From Dehalococcoidia bacterium (GTDB lineage: Bacteria > Chloroflexota > Dehalococcoidia > SZUA-161), in contig DUEY01000015.1 of assembly GCA_011174795.1 (NCBI GenBank), positions 1-55,597 on the forward strand: DNA of 55,597 nucleotides, given 5' to 3'. Positions 30,596-39,523 of the stretch are shown here, one piece after another. The first letter of the stretch is position 1; every line of letters starts with the position of its first letter. The position numbers and the translations under genes were made by a program. Under the pieces are notes generated by a model. That model did no database searches, was not told where the DNA came from, and saw nothing but the letters and a program-made list of their open reading frames with translations.

Positions 30596-31654
30596 TCAGG
30601 TAGTTGGCTTCATGATTTCGCGCAACTGCCTTGTAAGCTCCGGTATAATTGCGTGCATATCACCGACAATGGCGAGGTCGGCCATCTTGGTTATCGGGGC
30701 ATTCTTGTCGGTGTTTATCGAAAGGATCAGCTTCGAGCCTTTTATACTTAGAGTATGGTGAAAGGCACCTGATATACCGCATACAAGGTAAAGCGTCGGA
30801 GTTATAGTCTTTCCTGTTAAACCGATCCTTCTTTCATCAACAATCCAGTGCTCGTCCGTAGCGCGCCTGCTACCTCCTATCGAGCCACCTATGATGCGGG
30901 CTAGCTCATCTACAGCGTTGAGGTTTTCAGCGCACCCCAGCCCTTTGCCAACACCGATAACGACCTCAGCCTCACTGACGCACACTGCACACGGGTCAGC
31001 TTTTATGAAATCGGTTACTCTGGTTGTGCTGAGCCTGGGGGAGAGCCTTATCGGCGGTTCAATAATTTGCGTGTCCTTTGCCTCCCTAGCCTTTTGCAGG
31101 GTGAGCATCTGCGGATCCACGGATGCTATCATTGGCTTTTTGAGCGGTGTGAGCGTTACCCGAGCTTTTCCCCCGTGTATATGTCTATGTACGAGCAGCT
31201 TTCCTTCACTATCTTTTTCCATCTGGGTGTAGCGGGAGACCAGACCCACTTTAAGCCTGGCTGCCAGTCTGGGAGCCAAATCGTTGCTCAAGGGAGATGT
31301 TGCGAACAGTATTACTGACGGCTTGTTAGGCCCGATCAGTTGTGACATAACATCGACATAGAACTCGGGAGAATAGGTTTCTAGGAGCTTGTCTTCGAAA
31401 ACGAAGGCTTTGTCTACTCCGTAGGGGCGGAAACCTTGGGCAAGGTCTCTGATGCCGTGGCCGATGATTAAGGCTGCTACATCCTCATCCAGATTATCGG
31501 CTATACTTCTAGCCTCTGCGGCGAGTAGTAAGGAAGAATCTTCTAGTTTACCATCCTTATGTTCGGCGATAAAGCAGATGCCATTACCATTGCTCTTATT
31601 TTGTGCAGATGATGCACTCGTTTCTGGTATCGCTGTGTTATCTTGCCCTGACAT
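30596..31654 (-). CDS. etfA: Electron transfer flavoprotein alpha subunit (second, divergent)
   Basis: GVGKG, GGSRRATD, IGLTGK, GISGAFHH, INTD. Confidence 0.9.
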   Translation of the reverse strand: MSGQDNTAIPETSASSAQNKSNGNGICFIAEHKDGKLEDSSLLLAAEARSIADNLDEDVAALIIGHGIRDLAQGFRPYGVDKAFVFEDKLLETYSPEFYVDVMSQLIGPNKPSVILFATSPLSNDLAPRLAARLKVGLVSRYTQMEKDSEGKLLVHRHIHGGKARVTLTPLKKPMIASVDPQMLTLQKAREAKDTQIIEPPIRLSPRLSTTRVTDFIKADPCAVCVSEAEVVIGVGKGLGCAENLNAVDELARIIGGSIGGSRRATDEHWIVDERRIGLTGKTITPTLYLVCGISGAFHHTLSIKGSKLILSINTDKNAPITKMADLAIVGDMHAIIPELTRQLREIMKPTT

Positions 31655-31734
31655 ATCTATAATTTCTTCAGGCTTTGCCTACCCCTGTCTACCTGCGTCG
31701 GTTCGGGCACAAGCATGAATTGGTCGCGACAATA

Positions 31735-31812
31735 GGACAGGGCCAGCCCTTCGAAATAATAACCGTTTCAAAATAGCGTAATAACAACCATTATCTGAGG
31801 CTGTCCCTGTCC
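31735..31812 (-). other. 78-nt intergenic stem-loop
   Basis: GGACAGGG/CCCTGTCC and CAGCC/GGCTG outer stems; inner stem pairs via four G-U wobbles on the minus strand only. Confidence 0.55.
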
Positions 31813-31867
31813 ACTGTTCTACTTTTTTATTTTACGCCACCTTTTTGTTTTATGCCACCTCTTTATT

Positions 31868-33862
31868 TTATATAAGCCTCCCGATGAAGTGCCCGTCGCG
31901 GTTAGCAGTACCCATGTTCAGGGGATTGCGCGCGTCTCCCACTTTGTACAGCTCTTTTACCTTGCCCTGAAGCTCATTGTAAAGGCTGTCAACCGGCATC
32001 TTTCCGGTTATGAATACAAAGGTGTCAACATCAGGAATCTCATATGCTGTCATAGTATGGATGTTAACTACGTGAGCGGTTTTATCCGCTATCATTGCCA
32101 GGAATCTTTCGGGGCTTACTTTGACCCCTTTATTCAGCAACCGGGGCATAACGTGCATATATGTCAGGTCCAGAAGCAGCCACATACTGCCCATATTTGG
32201 GGTAGGTGTTAACAGCTCCACATCGCAGCCCTGGTCTGCCAGCATCTCGGCGATGCCGGGTGCTACAATATCCGTTCTCCCATCCCAGACCACTGCCTTT
32301 TTACCTACCTTTGCCTCTCCTTTGACTACTTCATCAGCAGTGAAAACATTATCCTGCTGCCAGCCGGGCACCTCCATATTGCTCATGCCGGTGAAGCCAT
32401 TGCGCATCCATGTAGCGCCTGTTGCGATGACTACCGCGTCAGGTTTCTGGTCCAGAATCATCTCCGCAGTTGCCTCAGTGCCTGCAATCACCTTTACGCC
32501 TGCCTGGGGAAGCTGTATCTTCTGCCACCTGATGAGGCCTCCCATCTCCTCACGGGCGGGGAGCTTCTCCGCCAGCAAGCACTGTCCCCCGAGCTCGTCG
32601 GCTTTCTCATACAGTGTGACATCGTGCCCCTTGAGAGCACAGACCCTGGCAGCCTCCATTCCCCCTGGCCCTCCGCCGATGACTAAAACCTTCTTCTTCT
32701 GGGGAGCAGTCTTTATGCTTCCGATGCCCCATCCCAGTTGCTCCATACCTACGGTAGCGTTTGCCACACATCTTATCGGTTGACCGTCGAACATATACTT
32801 TATGCAGTTGAGGTTGCATGCCATGCAGGGCCGGATATCGTCAAGCCTTCCCTCACGGGCCTTGTTGGGAAGCTCAGGGTCGGCGATTAGCGGCCGGGCC
32901 ATGGCTACGATGTCGGCTTTGCCCTCGGCAATGGTGCTCTCCGCAATGAGGGGGTCGTTTATCCTGCCCACGGCTACAATCGGTATGTTCTTAACTACCT
33001 CTTTTACCTGCTCCACTGCGTAGAGTTGGTAGGCGGGAGGCAGGTACAGCGGGCCGAAGTACATGTGCATGGACTGGGTTTCACGGGCGATGCCGCATAT
33101 CATGTAATCCAACTTTTTATCCGCATCCAGCATCTTGGCCAGCTCCACCGCCTCCTCGGGCACAATCGAGCCCGGCAGCATGTCATCGACGGTCAGGGTA
33201 TATCCTATGGTTTTATCTTTTCCGATTGCCTTTCTTGTGACCTCTATTGTCTCCATGAGCAATCGGGCCCGGTTCTCCAGCGAGCCGCCGTACTCGTCGG
33301 TGCGCTGGTTGATTGTGCCGGAAAGGAAGTCCGCGATAACGCCGGAATGGTTATGGATGTCGATGCCATCGAATCCGGCTTCGATAATGTTCTCGCAGCA
33401 GATGCGGTGGTAATCGAGATATTCCTTTATATCATCCTTTGTCATCGGCTCCCACATCTGGTCGGCGAAGTTGCAGTCAGGAATAAGCGACGGGCCTTTC
33501 CTGTTCCCCAGGTCTATGGAGTAGGTCTGGAAGCTGCAGTAGGCTCCGGCTGCATGAACGCCTTCAGCGATCTTCTTGAGGCCGGGTATGATCTCTTTCT
33601 TCCAGAGCCATAGATGCCTGTCGTAGTGGCCGCCGTTAGCTGCCATGAACCATGTATCGCGGGGCATAGTATAGCCCACGGACATGCATACCCAGCCCGC
33701 GCCGCCCTTCGCCTTCTCTATCTCGTAGTGAATGAGCTCCTCGGTGGGCAGGCCGTCTTTCCCCATCATGGGGCCGTGGGGCGATACCATTATCCTGTTC
33801 TTTACTGTGAACGGGCCAATTTTTATCGGGGTGAATAGGTACTGGAACTGCTGGGTGCTCAT
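31868..33862 (-). CDS. OYE/FadH-type NADH:flavin oxidoreductase with [4Fe-4S] and FAD domains
   Basis: LFTPIKIGPFTVKNRI TIM-barrel start, CMACNLNC-x11-C cluster motif, VIGGGPGGMEAA, IATGA. Confidence 0.93.
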   Translation of the reverse strand: MSTQQFQYLFTPIKIGPFTVKNRIMVSPHGPMMGKDGLPTEELIHYEIEKAKGGAGWVCMSVGYTMPRDTWFMAANGGHYDRHLWLWKKEIIPGLKKIAEGVHAAGAYCSFQTYSIDLGNRKGPSLIPDCNFADQMWEPMTKDDIKEYLDYHRICCENIIEAGFDGIDIHNHSGVIADFLSGTINQRTDEYGGSLENRARLLMETIEVTRKAIGKDKTIGYTLTVDDMLPGSIVPEEAVELAKMLDADKKLDYMICGIARETQSMHMYFGPLYLPPAYQLYAVEQVKEVVKNIPIVAVGRINDPLIAESTIAEGKADIVAMARPLIADPELPNKAREGRLDDIRPCMACNLNCIKYMFDGQPIRCVANATVGMEQLGWGIGSIKTAPQKKKVLVIGGGPGGMEAARVCALKGHDVTLYEKADELGGQCLLAEKLPAREEMGGLIRWQKIQLPQAGVKVIAGTEATAEMILDQKPDAVVIATGATWMRNGFTGMSNMEVPGWQQDNVFTADEVVKGEAKVGKKAVVWDGRTDIVAPGIAEMLADQGCDVELLTPTPNMGSMWLLLDLTYMHVMPRLLNKGVKVSPERFLAMIADKTAHVVNIHTMTAYEIPDVDTFVFITGKMPVDSLYNELQGKVKELYKVGDARNPLNMGTANRDGHFIGRLI

Positions 33863-34132
33863 TAAGACCTCCTTGTAAATTGGTATTAATAGTGCAGGGG
33901 TATATACTAACAGCGCATAGCGCTGGCGGAGCTAAATATAGCACCTTAGTTTGACAGTTGTCAAGGTAAAGAGCACGTAAAATATGAACTTTAGTTTAGT
34001 TATCATGCAGTGCCGACTTTGTAGTCAACTAGCGGTAGCTGAATTAACTTGTGGCGCTACGTCTCGCTTGTTATAATGACAGCTTGGTCAGGGCCTCTCA
34101 TATCTGGCTGATTCCTCAAGAAGTGACATGGA

Positions 34133-35323
34133 GTGAATAAACTTTCCGAAACTGGTAGTAAAGCTACCCCAAGACTGAATCTCTTCATCACGTTTACAGG
34201 TTTTCTTGATACCCACCTCCTCATTCCTATAATAGCTCTCTATGCCGTGGAGCTTGGCGCTGGCACGGCGATGGTGGGGCTTATTGTAGGTGTATACTCC
34301 ATGACAAATACGCCGGCTAATATAATCTTCGGGAAGTTGATTGATAGAGTTGGGGCGAAGGTGCCGCTTATCATCGGGCTCACCGGGGATGCTATTGCTC
34401 TATTCTGCTATTCCCTTTGTGTTTTTCCTGCTCATCTGATATTGGTCAGGGTTGCTCATGGGTTGTCAGGGGGAATTGTGGGCCCGGCTACTATGTCGAT
34501 TGCGGCTGGACAATCCTCGGCAGGTCGGGAAGGGCGTTCAATGGCTTTCTATGGTATGGCTTTAGCTGTGGCTACCCTGGTGGGCTATGGGTTGGGTGGA
34601 GTACTCGCCTCACGTCTGGGTTACGATGTGGTATTCTACGTTGGCTCGTTTATACTGGTTTTAGGCATAGGTGCAGCATTACTGATTCCAAGAAGCAATA
34701 GAAGTGGTTCTCAAGGTTTGCTTTCAACAGGGGCATATTGGGGAGCCATGGTAAGCTTACTGAAAAGGAGGAGACTTCTTTCATCTTATTGCTCGATATT
34801 TGCACAATATTTTGCCTTCGGCAGTGTCGTTACACTGCTGCCGCTGTATGTTGAGGATTTGGGAATGGAGGCGTTCCACGTGGGTATGCTGCTGGTAATA
34901 TTCGTCGGGATTTTTCTTCTGCTTCAACTACCCTCGGGAATACTCTCAGACAGGGTAGGACGGAGAGCGCCGGCAGGTATAGGTTTGTGCCTCGGTATAG
35001 TTTCGCTCGCTCTCTTGCCAGCCTTTGAAGGTTTGGGTACACTGGCAGTGGTGATGTTTCTCTTCGGAGTGTCATATGCCCTTGTATTCCCGTCCATATC
35101 AGCCATGATTGCTGATGAGACCGCAGTTGCGGAGAGAGGTCTTGCCACGGGAATATTTCATGCACTTATAACTGCAGGTGTCGCTGTTGGGGCTCCATTA
35201 ACGGGATGGGTCGCTGAGATGTCGGGCATCAGTTGGGGTTTAGCATTATCCTGTGGGGTTTTAGCTGTGTCTTTCATTGTAGTCTTAACAGCAGTGGGGA
35301 GAGGCCATGGTGGAACCTATTAG
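34133..35323 (+). CDS. Major facilitator superfamily transporter
   Basis: GKLIDRVGAK and GILSDRVGRR motif-A copies; 12 TM segments. Confidence 0.93.
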   Translation: MNKLSETGSKATPRLNLFITFTGFLDTHLLIPIIALYAVELGAGTAMVGLIVGVYSMTNTPANIIFGKLIDRVGAKVPLIIGLTGDAIALFCYSLCVFPAHLILVRVAHGLSGGIVGPATMSIAAGQSSAGREGRSMAFYGMALAVATLVGYGLGGVLASRLGYDVVFYVGSFILVLGIGAALLIPRSNRSGSQGLLSTGAYWGAMVSLLKRRRLLSSYCSIFAQYFAFGSVVTLLPLYVEDLGMEAFHVGMLLVIFVGIFLLLQLPSGILSDRVGRRAPAGIGLCLGIVSLALLPAFEGLGTLAVVMFLFGVSYALVFPSISAMIADETAVAERGLATGIFHALITAGVAVGAPLTGWVAEMSGISWGLALSCGVLAVSFIVVLTAVGRGHGGTY

Positions 35324-35431
35324 AGCATATCTAGAGGGTTGGATGAATTCCTGTTACCCGGCGCTCTTTAAATAATTAAGCATAAAGAGAAAATTTCTGG
35401 CAGGAAATTTATACCTGCAAGGAGTAAGTCC

Positions 35432-36496
35432 ATGAAAGTGTTGCCGCCTTTTCTCGTATCATATAGTATCACCAGCAAATGTAACCTGGCTTGCCGGCAC
35501 TGTTACAGCGAGTCAACCCGGGAATCGGGGAGCGATGACCTGACAACCGAGCAATCTCTAGGTGTCATAGATAGTCTGGCTGATTGGGGTATAGGGCTCC
35601 TTATATTCGATGGTGGAGAGCCCTTGTGCCGTGAAGACTTTCTAGACCTTGCCCAACATTCCTCCAGTAAGGGTATCAGAACGGTAGTCGGTAGCAATGG
35701 GACTATAATCGACAGGAAGACAGCCCGTGGGATGGTACGAGCAGGCATACGCTCAGTGGCAATTTCAGTCGATGGGGCTGATGCGGAAACGCACGACTGG
35801 TTTCGAGGTAAAGACGGGGCTTTCGAGGAAGCTCTGGCTGGAGCTTCAGCTTGTAAGGCAGAGAAACTGCCTTTTCAATTCAATATGGTAGTCAGGAAGC
35901 AGACACTGGGACAGGTTTCTGAGATGGTGCGTTTAGCTGTGGAAAGCGGGTCGGATGCTATCGAGATATTCGATCTTGTGCTTGCGGGTCGGGCGAGGAC
36001 AGAATGCCAGGATCAGGTGCTGAGCATTGAGGAAAGACGCGAGTTGATGGAATGGCTTGCCGAGGCCCAGGTTGAGTGCCCCATCGTCATAAGAGTTCCG
36101 GCATGTCCCATGTATCCTCTCATTCTTAAGCGGAGAGAAATTCGTCCTAAGCACATTCCCATGGAGTTGCTGGCTCGGATACCCTATTACGGTAGGGGAT
36201 GTGCTGCCGGCATGCCTTTCGGATATTTGGTGATTAGAGCGAATGGTGAACTTAATCCCTGTATGTTGCTTCAGGTGAACCTTGGCAATGTGACTGCAAG
36301 CGACATTAAGGAAGTATGGCAAGATTCGCCGGCACTCACTCAGCTACGAGATAGAAACCTGCTGAAGGGTGAATGTGGGGTATGTGAGTATAAAACAGCC
36401 TGCGCTGGTTGCAGGGGCAGGGCCTATGAGGAGATGGGTGACATGCTTGCATCCGACCCTGGTTGCTGGTTGCCTGGCGCTGGAAATATATCGTGA
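35432..36496 (+). CDS. Radical SAM/SPASM protein (AhbC/AhbD/NirJ-like)
   Basis: CNLACRHC, GGEPL, SPASM GCAAG...NPC and CGVC...CAGCRGRAY...DPGC. Confidence 0.88.
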   Translation: MKVLPPFLVSYSITSKCNLACRHCYSESTRESGSDDLTTEQSLGVIDSLADWGIGLLIFDGGEPLCREDFLDLAQHSSSKGIRTVVGSNGTIIDRKTARGMVRAGIRSVAISVDGADAETHDWFRGKDGAFEEALAGASACKAEKLPFQFNMVVRKQTLGQVSEMVRLAVESGSDAIEIFDLVLAGRARTECQDQVLSIEERRELMEWLAEAQVECPIVIRVPACPMYPLILKRREIRPKHIPMELLARIPYYGRGCAAGMPFGYLVIRANGELNPCMLLQVNLGNVTASDIKEVWQDSPALTQLRDRNLLKGECGVCEYKTACAGCRGRAYEEMGDMLASDPGCWLPGAGNIS

Positions 36497-36546
36497 GTGC
36501 CTTGCAGGAGCGAGCAATAGGTAAGTGCTTGTATCTGACGATGCGG

Positions 36547-37107
36547 CTACTTACCCTGTATCAGTGAGAGGAACTCAGAGCGGGTGGGCGCGCTTCTCCG
36601 GAAGAGGCCTCGCATAGCAGAAGTAACAATTTTGCTGTCTGGTTTCTTAACACCTCGCATGGTCATGCACAGGTGCTCGGCTTCAATGACCACTGCAACT
36701 CCCTGTGGCTGCAGTGCCTCGACGACGGTGTCAGCGACCTGAGATGTAAGACGCTCCTGAAGCTGGGGACGTTTAGCCAGGATATCGACAACCCGAGCCA
36801 TCTTGCTGGCACCGACAACTCTACCACTGGGGATGTACCCAATATGCACCAGACCATAGAACGGAAGGAAGTGATGTTCGCACATCGAGTAAAAGGTGAT
36901 ATCTTTGAGGATCACCATCTCATGATGTCCCTCATCGAATCCTATCTTTAGCTCTTCCTTCGGGTCGCGATGAATGCCGGAAAAAACATCGGCATACATA
37001 TCGGCAATACGCCTTGGGGTGTCGAGCAATCCCTCACGTTTGGGGTCTTCACCAATGGCTTTAATAATAGAAGCAACAGCTTGCGCTATCTTCGCTTTAT
37101 CTGTCAC
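36547..37107 (-). CDS. folE: GTP cyclohydrolase I
   Basis: [36 protein letters not shown]. Confidence 0.97.
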   Translation of the reverse strand: MTDKAKIAQAVASIIKAIGEDPKREGLLDTPRRIADMYADVFSGIHRDPKEELKIGFDEGHHEMVILKDITFYSMCEHHFLPFYGLVHIGYIPSGRVVGASKMARVVDILAKRPQLQERLTSQVADTVVEALQPQGVAVVIEAEHLCMTMRGVKKPDSKIVTSAMRGLFRRSAPTRSEFLSLIQGK

Positions 37108-37157
37108 AACGCTTCCCTTTCCAAGATTATACGGAGCACGTGTTCCAGCCTATCCCC

Positions 37158-38207
37158 TCAACCCTGAAGCACAAGCCTCTCAACGGTCTCTAAATCGGCT
37201 GGAAGCTCGGTTGGTGGCATAGCACTCTTGATAGCGGTATCAGGGTCTTTGAGACCTGTCCCTGTGATCACACAGACAACTCTTTTATTAGAGAAATCAG
37301 TGCCGTTATTTCTTTGTTTGATTAGTCCTGCCACTGAGGCAGCCGATGCTGGCTCGCCAAAGACACCTTCTTGGGTACCGAGAATCTTGTAGGCATCGAG
37401 TATCTCATCGTCGCTGACACTATCGATAACACCTCCCGATTCGTCTCGAGCAGCAACGGCGCCTTTCCAGCTGGCGGGGTTGCCGATACGTATAGCTGAA
37501 GCAATGGTCTCGGGGTCGGCTATTGCCTTCCCCCGCACGATAGCCGCTGACCCCTCCGCTTCAAATCCCATCATTTTTGGTGTATTTAGCGCTTTACCTG
37601 CTTGCTTATAATGTACGAATCCCTTCCAGTAAGCAGTAATATTACCGGCGTTTCCTACAGGGATGAAGAGGTAATCAGGGGCATCGCCAAGAACGTCTAC
37701 GATTTCAAAGGCAGCGGTCTTTTGTCCCTCAATGCGATGAGGATTCAAGGAATTCACCAGGGTAATGGGGTGCTTTTGCGTAATGGCACGGACTATCTCG
37801 AGTGCCTTATCAAAGTTGCCGTCTATGGCTAAGATTCTGGCACCATAGACAAGTGCTTGAGCCAGTTTGCCCAGAGCTATGTTGCCCTTGGGGACGACTA
37901 CGAACACGGTGAGGCTGCAGACGGCGCCGAATGCTGCTGCGGATGCGCTGGTGTTGCCTGTGGATGCGCAGATGATAGCAGAATTTTTAGCCTCCACGGC
38001 CTTGGCGACGGCGACCACCATACCCCGGTCTTTGAAGGAGCCAGTCGGGTTACACCCCTCCAGCTTGAAGTAAAGCTCACCGCAACCAATCTCTCGCTCC
38101 AGTCTTCGTGACCTGACCAGAGGGGTATCAGCCTCGCCGATAGTGATTATCGGTGTCTGAGGAGTTACCGGAAGAAAATCGCGGTATTTTTCCAAGAGAC
38201 AGGGCAT
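37158..38207 (-). CDS. thrC: Threonine synthase
   Basis: NPTGSFKDRGM, CASTGNTSAS, PVGNAGNI, EPASAAS. Confidence 0.95.
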   Translation of the reverse strand: MPCLLEKYRDFLPVTPQTPIITIGEADTPLVRSRRLEREIGCGELYFKLEGCNPTGSFKDRGMVVAVAKAVEAKNSAIICASTGNTSASAAAFGAVCSLTVFVVVPKGNIALGKLAQALVYGARILAIDGNFDKALEIVRAITQKHPITLVNSLNPHRIEGQKTAAFEIVDVLGDAPDYLFIPVGNAGNITAYWKGFVHYKQAGKALNTPKMMGFEAEGSAAIVRGKAIADPETIASAIRIGNPASWKGAVAARDESGGVIDSVSDDEILDAYKILGTQEGVFGEPASAASVAGLIKQRNNGTDFSNKRVVCVITGTGLKDPDTAIKSAMPPTELPADLETVERLVLQG

Positions 38208-38212
38208 TCCAG

Positions 38213-39508
38213 CTAGCCCTCGACCCGTATGAGATTGCTGATTTCTTTGACTACATCCAGCTTCTCTATTTGACCGCTTGCTTGTTGCATCTCTTGTTCC
38301 TGAGCAGGATGAGTCATGATCACGATTTCAGCACTTTGCGATGTACGGTCTGTTTCTTTTTGAATTGCTGAGGATATACTGATCGAGTGCTGTCCCAAAA
38401 TCTTGGTAATTTGGGCCAGCACACCAGGCTGGTCAGCTATCGTCATTCGAATGTAGTATCGAGATTCGATTTCCTCAATCGGTTTGATTATCTTGGGGAC
38501 GTCGAGCGGCAACTCGGGTTTTACGCTGAGGCCCAGATTGATGTTCTGTGCCAGATGGATTGCATCGGCGACTACCACATTTGCGGTTGGCTCCGCACCC
38601 GCGCCCCTGCCGTAGAAGATTACTTTTCCCGAAAGGTCTCCTTCTACCTGCACCGCGTTGAAAACCCCATCTACCTTCGCCAGAAGCATGTCATCGGGAA
38701 TAAACACGGGATGAACTCGTACTTGAACTGTAGGTACCTCTCTCTTGGCAATGGCGAGAAGCTTTATGGCATAACCTAACTCTTTGGCATAGCGGAAATC
38801 CTGTGATGCTATTCGAGAGATGCCTTCGTGATAAACATCCTCCGGGCGTATATCTGTATGGAACACGATAGTGGCGAGTATAGCTATCTTATAGGCAGCA
38901 TCGAAACCTTCTATATCGCTCGAAGGGTCGGCTTCAGCGTAGCCCAAATCCTGGGCTTCTTTCAGCGCAGTAGAGAATTCAAGCCCCTCTTTTTCCATCC
39001 TGGTAAGAATGTAGTTCGTGGTGCCGTTGATAATAGCGTAAATTGCCGAGATATTATTAATCTGGAGGTTCCGTTTGAGAGGCCCAATCAGCGGTATTCC
39101 GCCGCCAACGCTTGCTTCGTAGAGAAGACCGACTTTGTGCTCGTTGGCCAAACTAAAAAGCTCTGGGCCGTGTTTGGATATGACTTCTTTATTAGCGGTG
39201 ACGACATGCTTGCCATGCTGGATCGCTTGTTGGATATAGTCCTTTGCCGGGATTTCCCCGCCGATAAGTTCAATGACAATATCGATATCTGGGCTTTCGA
39301 GAATGGCTCGTGCATCTGTTGTAAAAATGCTTGAATCTCCCAGAGCTTCTCTCTTCGATTCGTCTATATCAGCAGCCATTTTCAACACAAGAGGAGTACC
39401 CACTTGTTTGGAAAGAAAGTCAGATTTTTCACCGAGGATTTTCACGACCTCGCTGCCGATGATTCCCATTCCGACCAGTCCGATGTTTATGCTTTCTCTC
39501 CTGCTCAT
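38213..39508 (-). CDS. hom: Homoserine dehydrogenase with ACT domain
   Basis: GMGIIG, VTANK, YEASVGGGIP, INGTTNYIL, GYAEADP; C-terminal DQPGVLA. Confidence 0.96.
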   Translation of the reverse strand: MSRRESINIGLVGMGIIGSEVVKILGEKSDFLSKQVGTPLVLKMAADIDESKREALGDSSIFTTDARAILESPDIDIVIELIGGEIPAKDYIQQAIQHGKHVVTANKEVISKHGPELFSLANEHKVGLLYEASVGGGIPLIGPLKRNLQINNISAIYAIINGTTNYILTRMEKEGLEFSTALKEAQDLGYAEADPSSDIEGFDAAYKIAILATIVFHTDIRPEDVYHEGISRIASQDFRYAKELGYAIKLLAIAKREVPTVQVRVHPVFIPDDMLLAKVDGVFNAVQVEGDLSGKVIFYGRGAGAEPTANVVVADAIHLAQNINLGLSVKPELPLDVPKIIKPIEEIESRYYIRMTIADQPGVLAQITKILGQHSISISSAIQKETDRTSQSAEIVIMTHPAQEQEMQQASGQIEKLDVVKEISNLIRVEG

Positions 39509-39523
39509 TGTTCTCTTGCGCTC

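Noticed and set aside
29696-36496. Mycofactocin locus (OYE + ETF + SPASM)
   Set aside because: No IDGxCGVY precursor, MftB/PqqD, MftD or MftE seen
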